Positions 16,188 to 23,272 of a DNA stretch of 24,205 nt are shown here, one piece after another. The position numbers and the translations under genes are program-made. A model generated the notes under the pieces. It had not been told where the DNA came from, searched no databases, and worked only from the letters and a program-made list of their open reading frames with translations. Within the stretch, counting starts at the first letter, position 1, and every line of letters begins with the position of its first letter. Source of the DNA: a virus (lineage: Duplodnaviria; Caudoviricetes); IMG/VR virus record IMGVR_UViG_3300027659_000206, positions 1 to 24,205 of that record. One strand, given 5' to 3'.

Positions 16188-16222
16188 ATAACCTATTTAT
16201 ATAACAGATAACATCTGGATCA
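16180..16222 (-). promoter_or_regulatory. Late promoter TATAAATA (16194-16201) within a hairpin that would sequester the HNH start
   Basis: On the minus strand TGATCCA (16222-16216) pairs with TGGATCA (16186-16180, covering the AUG). An inner ATCTGTT/AATAGGT stem covers the AGGU. Confidence 0.7.
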
Positions 16223-16229
16223 AAATATT

Positions 16230-17141
16230 TTAAATAATGTCACATTCAATGCCAACGGTAAGATCCTGTGCTTGAACCCACTGACCATTAACAGCAAATG
16301 GGTGAGTATCAGAGCAAACAACCTTATGTCCATCTTCAAATTCCAATTCGTAACAATCTGGCTCTCCTTCCAACAGAGTATCCGGATCCCAAGTATGAGT
16401 GACATCTCGCACACCATCACGAGTAATCACAAGATCACCAACCACAATTTCATTAATTGGTTTATTGGTACCATCGGCAAAACGAACTAGTGTTCCTTCT
16501 TCAAAGCAGCCACCAGACACCACTGCTTTGCTAAACATTTCTTGAGTCTGATAGGTATGGTTAATTGCAAGAAGTGGAATGTTTTTCATTGTCAGGTATG
16601 GAGTTACCATACGAAACAATCCTTTGAGTGCTTTGGCGCGAGTCATATCGGCCACGCTCTTTTCATTCATTGCATCTTCCAATTCCTTCTTAGAAGCAAG
16701 GTTACCAACGCTGTCAATAACAATAATTACCTTGTCCTTACGCTCCATCTGCTCAAGCTGATTGACAATATCAAATTTGAGTTCTTCAATGTTTTTAATT
16801 GGAATATGCAGCACTCGTTTAGTGTCAATACCAAAGCTTTCAAAATATTGCTGAGGCGAACCAAATTCGCTATCATAAAACATAAGGCAAGCGTCTGGAT
16901 GTTTTTTGAGGTATGCACCTGCCATAAGCAGCGCAAAGCTCGTCTTAAAGTGCTTTGATGGACCAGCAAGTACTGTAAGACCACTTGTTAATCCGCCGTC
17001 AATACTGCCACTTAGTGCGACATTAACCATTGGTACGCTTGTACTGGTAATATCTTTTTCAGCATAAAAGTCGCTATCAGCGAGGACGTCGGCTTCTTTA
17101 ATTCGGCAATTCTTTTTTAGTTTTTCAAGTACAGATGACAT
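16230..17141 (-). CDS. uvsX: UvsX (RecA-like) N-terminal extein (211 aa) fused to a split intein N-fragment (92 aa)
   Basis: Walker A AGPSKHFKT, FYDSEFG, Walker B IVIDSVGNLAS, DMTRAK and INHTY, then GG|CFEEGTLV (block A), SDTHPF (block B), AQDLTVG, stop. Confidence 0.95.
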   Translation of the reverse strand: MSSVLEKLKKNCRIKEADVLADSDFYAEKDITSTSVPMVNVALSGSIDGGLTSGLTVLAGPSKHFKTSFALLMAGAYLKKHPDACLMFYDSEFGSPQQYFESFGIDTKRVLHIPIKNIEELKFDIVNQLEQMERKDKVIIVIDSVGNLASKKELEDAMNEKSVADMTRAKALKGLFRMVTPYLTMKNIPLLAINHTYQTQEMFSKAVVSGGCFEEGTLVRFADGTNKPINEIVVGDLVITRDGVRDVTHTWDPDTLLEGEPDCYELEFEDGHKVVCSDTHPFAVNGQWVQAQDLTVGIECDII

Positions 17142-17160
17142 AGTTTGTTTTCTTTTGTAT

Positions 17161-17189
17161 ATTATATATTGTTCGTGCTAAAAAGTAAA
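17161..17189 (-). promoter_or_regulatory. Sigma70-type promoter for uvsX (TTTACT-17-TATAAT)
   Basis: TTTACT at 17189-17184 and TATAAT at 17166-17161, about 20 nt upstream of the ATG. Confidence 0.7.
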
Positions 17190-17196
17190 TAAGAAA

Positions 17197-18237
17197 TTAC
17201 GCATTTAGCACAGCATTTAGTTCTTGACGCGCAACATCCTTATCAAGGGGGTGATTACGATAAATCGCTTCTCGTTGTGCCTGTGCAATTTCTGTTAGTT
17301 GGGAGTCGCTGAGGTGTGCGATATCAACTGCACGAATGTTTGCAAGTGACTCGTCACGATAATACAACATCATTTCTTTAGGCTCACCAATGAGAATAGA
17401 CTCAACGTCTGCAATTTGTAGTGGGCGAGCTCTCCACCAGCCAGAACCAGCATGGAAATAGCCCGGCATAAGAATCCCCCATTGAGATGCATAGACATTC
17501 ATCATTTCGCCCTCAACGACCCGATCTTGACCGTCTTTACGGGAGCCATATTGCTTGAGTGACCAATCAGTAGATTCAACCCCTTGTTTTGCAAGCCACT
17601 TTTTAGTTTTGTCCTGCATAAGTCCAGCAAAATTAAATACGCGCTGTTTCGGATCTGGGAAAAGTGTGAGTGCTGGTTGACGATTAAGGTGATATGGATT
17701 TGGGTTATATCCAAACAACAACTCCTTTGGCCAATCTAGTAGCAGACTCAAGTCTCCTCCTGAAAAGGCTGGCATACACATTCTGTTTGTCTTACTCTTT
17801 ATTTTTTGAATCGATCCAATAAAGGTGTCAGCATACGACTCAATGTTTTCTGGAATATGTGTATGACTGTCTACTACAAATTTTCTAAACAATTTGGTTG
17901 GGTCATCAAGTGCAGAGAGACCAGCAAAAATACTATCAGTTTGCCAGTCGTCAAATGCAAAGATGCAGTTTGGCTTTTGCGAAATTGCCCATAGCGCATT
18001 GTATACATAACCGGCAAATCCAGCCGGGTTGTGTAGAAACACAAACACTTCATCATATTCATCTAAGCTTTCACCAATAACAGTCGGGCGCATATCAACG
18101 ACGTGACCCATGTCTCGAAGTATTCTTGGCAAACTATATTGGCACATTGCAACCTGCAGTTGTTGCTGCAAGTAAAAGTCATAGGTGCACTGCGCCTTAT
18201 TACATCCGGTAATTAAGATTCTCATATTATGATTCAA
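17197..18237 (-). CDS. Putative GT-B glycosyltransferase (DNA-modifying, beta-glucosyltransferase position)
   Basis: 346 aa. Rossmann-like start MRILITG, LRDMGHVVD, FNFAG and GWWRAR..ILIG. It lies between gp42 and uvsX like T4 beta-gt and has a similar length. No close identity could be confirmed. Confidence 0.6.
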   Translation of the reverse strand: MNHNMRILITGCNKAQCTYDFYLQQQLQVAMCQYSLPRILRDMGHVVDMRPTVIGESLDEYDEVFVFLHNPAGFAGYVYNALWAISQKPNCIFAFDDWQTDSIFAGLSALDDPTKLFRKFVVDSHTHIPENIESYADTFIGSIQKIKSKTNRMCMPAFSGGDLSLLLDWPKELLFGYNPNPYHLNRQPALTLFPDPKQRVFNFAGLMQDKTKKWLAKQGVESTDWSLKQYGSRKDGQDRVVEGEMMNVYASQWGILMPGYFHAGSGWWRARPLQIADVESILIGEPKEMMLYYRDESLANIRAVDIAHLSDSQLTEIAQAQREAIYRNHPLDKDVARQELNAVLNA

Positions 18238-18568
18238 AACGTTTACGATTCAAAAAGTCGCGGGTGCTATCTTGACCTTCAATTCCTTCGCGACACCATG
18301 CAACAAGAAAGCTGCCATAATTGATCAAATCTTTTCCGCTGTCTTCAATACTCTCAAAGTTTGGGACATAGTTTGGATCATTTTCCATAGCTTCAAGCAC
18401 ACTTTGCATACGAAGTACCTTTGCGTGTATAACATCAAGTATACTTGCTGCGCCGCGAGGATAATAGTCCGCTTGACGAATCCTACTATGAGGATTCTGA
18501 TAATCATTCGATTTTTTGAGTTGCAACTCTGCGCACTCTTCAAGAACTGTGATAGATACTTTTTTCAT
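18227..18568 (-). CDS. Nucleotide-modification-associated alpha-helical protein (Nmad1/DUF1599-like, possible NTP pyrophosphohydrolase)
   Basis: 113 aa. KKSNDY...KVLR...EDSGKDLINY pattern, located in the base-modification block. Confidence 0.65.
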   Translation of the reverse strand: MKKVSITVLEECAELQLKKSNDYQNPHSRIRQADYYPRGAASILDVIHAKVLRMQSVLEAMENDPNYVPNFESIEDSGKDLINYGSFLVAWCREGIEGQDSTRDFLNRKRFES

Positions 18569-18571
18569 ATA

Positions 18572-18697
18572 TTAACCTTGGCCGCGGGAAAGCTTTTTGT
18601 AATTTTTGCTTTGTTTCAAATGCGAAGTTTTGCTTTTTGCATGAATTCCCTTACGCTTAATTTTCTTTGGTTTTACCTTGGGGTTGTTGTTTTTCAT
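18572..18697 (-). CDS. 41-aa basic microprotein ending in RGQG
   Basis: Below the ORF-track cutoff. Manual translation gives MKNNNPKVKPKKIKRKGIHAKSKTSHLKQSKNYKKLSRGQG*. It fills the gap exactly and has a promoter just upstream. Confidence 0.8.
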   Translation of the reverse strand: MKNNNPKVKPKKIKRKGIHAKSKTSHLKQSKNYKKLSRGQG

Positions 18698-18703
18698 ATG
18701 TTT

Positions 18704-18731
18704 ATTATATATCGAATATAGTTTTTGTAAA
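18704..18731 (-). promoter_or_regulatory. Sigma70-type promoter (TTTACA-16-TATAAT)
   Basis: TTTACA at 18731-18726 and TATAAT at 18709-18704, 6 nt before the ATG at 18697. Confidence 0.6.
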
Positions 18732-18735
18732 TGTT

Positions 18736-19365
18736 TTATTTTTTATTTTTGCAATTATCAAAATGATATCTTGTCATATTTGGACCCTTACCAATTTTAT
18801 TGCAATGTGGACATTCGACACTATTCCAATTTTTTTTCTTTCCTCTATGTATATTAGATAATTTTGTTTTTATTTCTTTAGCAAATTCTTCTCCATGAAT
18901 TTCTTCATATGTTTTATTAAGATTGTTATTAGAATATTTTTTTAAGCCATGAGTATGATCATTTTTCCCAAACATCGGATTATTTTCTCCACTCATTTTT
19001 TCAGAATGATCTGGTCTACTTTTTCCTCTAAATCCTTTACCACATTTATATTTTTGTTCTTCGGATAATTTTTTACCCCACATTCCATTTTTATCTCCGG
19101 AAAATGATCCTCCCATTGCTTCATTTTTCATATTATATGACATTGGATCATTTGCCGCATCATATTCTTTTAATATCATTTCTTCAACAATTCTATAATC
19201 TTCTCCAGTATATAGAATTTCTTTTATAAAGGAATCTAATCCATATTTAATTTTAGCTTTAGCGAATAGTAAACCGCTTCCAGAATAATATGGTTTATTT
19301 CCATTATGACTTCCTATGTACCATTTTCCCGTATGTTTATTTGTGTATTTGTAAACGTATCCCAT
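18736..19365 (-). CDS. GIY-YIG homing endonuclease (Seg-like)
   Basis: 209 aa. GYVYKYTN..GKWYIGSH, YSGSG, E..L..YN motifs, NUMOD3-like SGENNPMFGK, C-terminal CPHC..RYHFDNC. AT-rich. Confidence 0.92.
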   Translation of the reverse strand: MGYVYKYTNKHTGKWYIGSHNGNKPYYSGSGLLFAKAKIKYGLDSFIKEILYTGEDYRIVEEMILKEYDAANDPMSYNMKNEAMGGSFSGDKNGMWGKKLSEEQKYKCGKGFRGKSRPDHSEKMSGENNPMFGKNDHTHGLKKYSNNNLNKTYEEIHGEEFAKEIKTKLSNIHRGKKKNWNSVECPHCNKIGKGPNMTRYHFDNCKNKK

Positions 19366-19390
19366 GTAAAGTATTTATACCAAATACTAC
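19366..19390 (-). promoter_or_regulatory. Late promoter TATAAATA (19372-19379) within a hairpin upstream of the GIY-YIG gene
   Basis: Minus-strand AGTATTTG-GTA-TAAATACT stem-loop containing the exact late consensus, 6 nt before the ATG. Confidence 0.65.
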
Positions 19391-19391
19391 G

Positions 19392-20159
19392 TCATTGATT
19401 ATATAATTTATTATAGTCTTCTTTACTAATTGCAAAATCGGTTTTTCCTGATTTTATGTAATGATCAATCAAATAAAATTGTCGATCGTACACGTGTAAA
19501 TTTCCAACTTGCCAAGTAATATTGCCCGCAACAATTTTATCGGCTTTTTTAGTGCCGCAGTTATAATCATAGACTAGTTTGTTCTGAACATACTTTTGCC
19601 ATGCATAGTCATTGCGATATCCTGCCCATGCATCATTGCTGCGCATCTGTACAATAACTTGCAACTCTCCATCGCGAATAAGATATTGAACCGCATTTGT
19701 ACAAATAAAGTCGCTCATACCACCCTTGTGCCAATCGTCATGCATAGTAGGACGAGTATAGATCATAATCGCACGGCGCGAATTTGGATTGAGGACAAGT
19801 TCGTTTAGAGTGTTTTGATACTGATTGTGATTCTTAGAATCGAGGGTAAGATAACCGTAATTCGAGTTGATAAATCCGGCTGGAGTTGCCACTGATTTCC
19901 AAATTGCTGGAACTTTACCTGGAATGTCATTGACGTTCAGCGAACGCGATAGGTACCAATCCAACTCATGTTGAATATACTCATGATTGAGTTCACCAAA
20001 AATGCTTGGCTCATCTGCACAAAAAGAAGCGCCTACTAGTTCTAGAGTAGACACCCCAGTTTTATCAACTACAAAGGCCTTCGCATTATATTGTTCAACA
20101 AAGTAATTTCTGATTTGATTGATTGTCATATTATCCAAAGATGATTTTGCGATGTTCAA
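19392..20159 (-). CDS. 42: dCMP hydroxymethylase (T4 gp42-like, thymidylate synthase superfamily)
   Basis: INSNYG, SRRAIMIYTRP, GMSDFICTNAVQYLIR, MRSND..GYRNDYAWQ and GNLHVY closely follow T4 gp42. The Asp in RND is the dCMP-specificity residue (Asn in thymidylate synthases). Confidence 0.9.
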   Translation of the reverse strand: MNIAKSSLDNMTINQIRNYFVEQYNAKAFVVDKTGVSTLELVGASFCADEPSIFGELNHEYIQHELDWYLSRSLNVNDIPGKVPAIWKSVATPAGFINSNYGYLTLDSKNHNQYQNTLNELVLNPNSRRAIMIYTRPTMHDDWHKGGMSDFICTNAVQYLIRDGELQVIVQMRSNDAWAGYRNDYAWQKYVQNKLVYDYNCGTKKADKIVAGNITWQVGNLHVYDRQFYLIDHYIKSGKTDFAISKEDYNKLYNQ

Positions 20160-20490
20160 TGATTAGTTTAAGGTAGTAATTGTCTTGTGTGTCTAACTCA
20201 CACTCAAGTTCAGTAGAGTCTGCGTCTTGAAGCAATTCGGCTTCAATAATTTTATTCACTTGGAGTTTACGGTCATTAGAGATATAGATATATGCATCTG
20301 AAATACAATCTTTAATACTGTGCCCGTTTTCGAATGATGACCAAGAAAGTGTATTAAAACAATCATCGCATTCCACAAAATTTACAAGTTGGGAAAATAG
20401 GGCATGCCGGAGTGGATCACTAATATTGTCGGCCGGCGCGGACGTAAACATAGAATGTAGACGATTAATAATTGGAATTGCAGTTGTCAT
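20131..20490 (-). CDS. Hypothetical protein
   Basis: 119-aa ORF filling the gap between the terminator and gp42. No motif recognised. Confidence 0.6.
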   Translation of the reverse strand: MTTAIPIINRLHSMFTSAPADNISDPLRHALFSQLVNFVECDDCFNTLSWSSFENGHSIKDCISDAYIYISNDRKLQVNKIIEAELLQDADSTELECELDTQDNYYLKLIIEHRKIIFG

Positions 20491-20518
20491 AATACGATTT
20501 ATACTGAGATTTAGATGT

Positions 20519-20553
20519 AAAAAAGCCGAGGCAATATTTTCTATTGCCTCGGC
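20519..20553 (-). terminator. Rho-independent terminator
   Basis: GCCGAGGCAATA-GAAAA-TATTGCCTCGGC (12-bp stem) followed by T6 on the minus strand, just after the stop at 20561. Confidence 0.9.
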
Positions 20554-20560
20554 GAAGTGT

Positions 20561-21028
20561 TTAGGAAACTTTTACCTTACGTTGTTTTGGCGGAGCCTTT
20601 CGCTTTGGAGGGGCTTCAACCTCAAAGTCTTCAGCAATTTCTTCGGGGCTCGCAATAAAGCAGCAACCATCATCGCTACTTTCAGGGGCTTCAACTGCTT
20701 CAAAGTCTTCAGCAATTTCATCCTCAACTTCAGGCTCAATTGCCTTTGCGAGCTTTTTAGCAGTTGCCTTTTTAGCTGCGCCAGGTTTGCGACCGCGTTT
20801 GGTCGGGCCTGCCGTAAGAGCCGCTGTGATCACCTCAAGCGGGAGGTTTTGCGGCAAGTAGCGGCTGTAGCCAATACACTTGGCCTTTCCAAGGAAATTT
20901 TGGCCAATTTCGCGGCAAGTCAAGCCATATTCGCGGCCGACCTCATATACTTCTTTAGCAGTAAACCCAGCAGTGGCATTAGTGCGGGAATGCAAGTCGT
21001 CAATCATTTCTTCTACTCGTGTTAGCAT
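20561..21028 (-). CDS. Putative DNA-binding, histone-like early protein
   Basis: Likely start at ATG 21028 (MLTRVEEM, 155 aa), because the longer ORF would contain the promoter. Has AT-hook-like KRGRKPG, AKKATAKK, a duplicated acidic EIAEDFE motif and a basic tail. Confidence 0.65.
   Translation of the reverse strand: MLTRVEEMIDDLHSRTNATAGFTAKEVYEVGREYGLTCREIGQNFLGKAKCIGYSRYLPQNLPLEVITAALTAGPTKRGRKPGAAKKATAKKLAKAIEPEVEDEIAEDFEAVEAPESSDDGCCFIASPEEIAEDFEVEAPPKRKAPPKQRKVKVS
20609..20719. repeat. Imperfect direct repeat (~33-36 nt x2) within the CDS
   Basis: aggggcttcaac..tcaaagtcttcagcaatttc at 20609-20641 and 20684-20719, encoding EIAEDFE(A)VEAP twice. Confidence 0.85.
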
Positions 21029-21064
21029 AATTATATTATTTGTGTTGTTTAGCTGTACATAGTC

Positions 21065-21131
21065 ATTATAGCATGAATCTCGGCACTTGTACACAACATA
21101 ATTCACTTTTTTTCACTTTTTTTCACTTTTT
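21065..21131 (-). promoter_or_regulatory. Strong early promoter with extended -10 and phased A-tract repeats
   Basis: TGTACA-17-TATAAT with a TGn extension (21093-21065). Upstream are three 10-bp repeats of ttcacttttt (21102-21131), i.e. A-tracts in helical phase, like an UP element. Confidence 0.7.
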
Positions 21132-21196
21132 ATGTCTCTGGAACGTAAAAAAGGCACATTTTAAACAAATTTTTGCATCTATCGAATGTTTATGGT

Positions 21197-21604
21197 CTAC
21201 TTCAGAATATAAACATCCATCCAAGTGTGAGTGGATGCTACAAGCTGACGCAACGTTGCGCGTGAAGGCACAAATACGTCGAATACGTATCCATTACCCC
21301 CAGCGGCACTTTTGCGAGTAACTGCCGAACCACGGTCTTGAACGACGAAACTCCCGTTTCCTAATTTATTTTCTAATTCGGGAATAAAAATTTTAGTCCC
21401 GAATGCAAAATCTGGATGCGCTGCTACAGTCACACCAGATTTTGCTTCATTTGTTTTTGAACACGCAACCTGTCTCCACCATGGAGCTTCAGGATAGTAA
21501 TATGTAATGCGTGCTCTTATTTTAGTAGCGTTCTGTGGAGCAAGTGCATACATGTCTCCACAGAATAATAATGATAATAGTATTATATACGTAATTTTAT
21601 TCAT
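21197..21604 (-). CDS. 3D (Asp-Asp-Asp) domain protein with signal peptide, putative peptidoglycan-active enzyme
   Basis: 135 aa. Hydrophobic N-terminus, ARITYY, VAAHPDFAFGTKIFIPEL, VVQDRGSAV, FDVFV. Confidence 0.8.
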   Translation of the reverse strand: MNKITYIILLSLLFCGDMYALAPQNATKIRARITYYYPEAPWWRQVACSKTNEAKSGVTVAAHPDFAFGTKIFIPELENKLGNGSFVVQDRGSAVTRKSAAGGNGYVFDVFVPSRATLRQLVASTHTWMDVYILK

Positions 21605-21677
21605 TATGTTTGTTTCCTTTCTATCTTTAGTATTTTTTATATCTTCGATAGATGCAAATTATTATAGGCAAATGCCT

Positions 21678-22364
21678 TTAAGCTTTTCGATGCTCTTTTA
21701 TTTCTTCAATCGCCAAAATTGTAGAATAGCATTCAGCAAAGTCAACCCAGTGACTCGCATGAAAGTGTCCGTGATACGATTTTGACGGCTGGCAGAGTTT
21801 AATCAATTCACTATGTTCAATACGCTCTTTATAGCATAAATCCCAGAGTGTTGGATCTTTTTCACACCAACTGCCAATACTCTCTTTATCAAAAGGCCCA
21901 ATCCAACTTGGTGCAGAATGCGTAATAAGAACGTCACATTTTTCAACCAACTCTGGTTTTAGTACAAACCCCTCATCACTCCAGTAGCTTAAGCCTTCCT
22001 TTCGCCATGCTCGATCAATACTTACTGCACCTCCAACAAACAAAAACTTTTCTCCGTTGATGGTTTCAGTGTAGTAGTCAGGCAGCAATTTAAAGTGGCT
22101 AAGATCAATTTGATATTCTCCACTAAAATAGATTGGGTCATCATGATTGCCACGAATCGACATAAACACAATATTTCGCTCACTGAAAAATTCATTCATA
22201 CGAACGCACCCCTCACGTTCACCATCAGGTGAAAAGTGAAATCCCATACCAAGATCACCGACACAAATAAGTGTGCAGTCTTTTAAATCGAGATCGCTTA
22301 CCTTTTTCATCAGGCGATTAAATGCTCCGTGAATGTCTCCGATAATGTAGATTGGGTTGTTCAT
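21678..22364 (-). CDS. Calcineurin-like metallophosphoesterase
   Basis: GDIHG, VGDLG, RGNHD, ITH and GHFH motifs in the expected order. Confidence 0.92.
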   Translation of the reverse strand: MNNPIYIIGDIHGAFNRLMKKVSDLDLKDCTLICVGDLGMGFHFSPDGEREGCVRMNEFFSERNIVFMSIRGNHDDPIYFSGEYQIDLSHFKLLPDYYTETINGEKFLFVGGAVSIDRAWRKEGLSYWSDEGFVLKPELVEKCDVLITHSAPSWIGPFDKESIGSWCEKDPTLWDLCYKERIEHSELIKLCQPSKSYHGHFHASHWVDFAECYSTILAIEEIKEHRKA

Positions 22365-22552
22365 GATGTGATGTATTTTTGTTCTTTTAAATAGTGGATG
22401 ATGTCATCCTGTTGTGATTTTGTATAGCTCCTTTTTAGCTTTCGTCTAGCGTTTATTGTAGAATAATTGCGGTATGCTTCTCCAAAACTGCAATGAAAAA
22501 CAAAGCCATGTTTTGGAAAAACAATGTTATTACCTTCTACATAGTAGCGCAT
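22361..22552 (-). CDS. Hypothetical protein
   Basis: 63 aa with overlapping stop/start junctions on both sides. Confidence 0.65.
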   Translation of the reverse strand: MRYYVEGNNIVFPKHGFVFHCSFGEAYRNYSTINARRKLKRSYTKSQQDDIIHYLKEQKYITS

Positions 22553-23271
22553 TACATATTATAGTATTGTTCCTTCGCTACAGAAAACCCAAGTCGCTTT
22601 GCTTCTTTCGGGGATAGTGTTGCCCACCAACTACCTTTATTAACTGGAGATCCTGCTTTACCAGTATTTTGACATGTCTTTGAACTGAGATATTCTGCAA
22701 AGCGAATCATACCTTCTACATTTTCATCTCCGCCATCAACATAGAATCGCAGAGTACCAAACTTTTCTTTGTATTGGGAGATCTTAACATCTGGCGGTCT
22801 TTGAGTGGTGTAAAGTCCTTGTTTATAAAAGAAGCTAGTAATTCTAGATGTAAAGATGCGGACCTTCTTGGAAAACTTTTTATCGATTTCTTCCTGTTGT
22901 TTTGATGTTGGTGAAGCAAATTTTCGAATGATAAATGTACCTTTATACGGGTCAAATTGTCGATTAATTTTAGCTGCGATATATGTCCATACTTTTTGTA
23001 AAAAGCGCATAGCTTTCTTATTCGGATTAGGAATCGAACGAGAAGTATTTTTGGTATAGTTTACAATTGATCCACACAGATTGTCTATAAGAGGCTCCCA
23101 ACCTTTAGGGCAATCATTCCAACATCTTTGAAACTGCGGCAGCAGTTCTCCATCTTCTCCTTTATAGAAAAGATCGGGATACTTCTTAAATAGGTGTTGC
23201 TCAAAGTCAAAATCTTGTTTTGCTTCGGCTTCGATCTTTTCTTTTAGTTCTTTTACAGTTTTAGATTTCAT
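22552..23271 (-). CDS. Conserved phage hypothetical protein (KEKFG-x-LRFY family)
   Basis: GW..LID.LC and QYKEKFGTLRFYV..AE..S..TC..TG..G motifs. The start is probably 23271 (TAA-T-ATG coupling) rather than 23289. Confidence 0.75.
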   Translation of the reverse strand: MKSKTVKELKEKIEAEAKQDFDFEQHLFKKYPDLFYKGEDGELLPQFQRCWNDCPKGWEPLIDNLCGSIVNYTKNTSRSIPNPNKKAMRFLQKVWTYIAAKINRQFDPYKGTFIIRKFASPTSKQQEEIDKKFSKKVRIFTSRITSFFYKQGLYTTQRPPDVKISQYKEKFGTLRFYVDGGDENVEGMIRFAEYLSSKTCQNTGKAGSPVNKGSWWATLSPKEAKRLGFSVAKEQYYNM

Positions 23272-23272
23272 A

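Larger units (their letters stand above)
15236..16508 (-). mobile_element. Split intein plus free-standing HNH endonuclease cassette interrupting uvsX
   Basis: IntN 16508-16233, HNH gene 16187-15318, IntC 15340-15236. Removing the cassette restores SKAVVSGG|TGIMYSAD. Confidence 0.9.

Noticed and set aside
15318-16230. Group I intron interrupting uvsX
   Set aside because: There are only 42 non-coding nt upstream of the HNH gene and none downstream (it overlaps the IntC start), so there is no room for a ribozyme core. Intein motifs on both flanks already explain the interruption.
14810-17141. uvsX as a pseudogene
   Set aside because: Both halves are open and keep all conserved motifs and intein catalytic residues. 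They join without loss of residues.
19392-20159. Ordinary thymidylate synthase (td)
   Set aside because: It has DFICTN rather than the LxPC motif, and Asp at the specificity position, matching gp42.
21102-21131. CRISPR-like or iteron repeats
   Set aside because: Only three contiguous 10-bp A-tract units without spacers, better explained as a promoter UP element. I saw no CRISPR array, tRNA or rRNA in the window.
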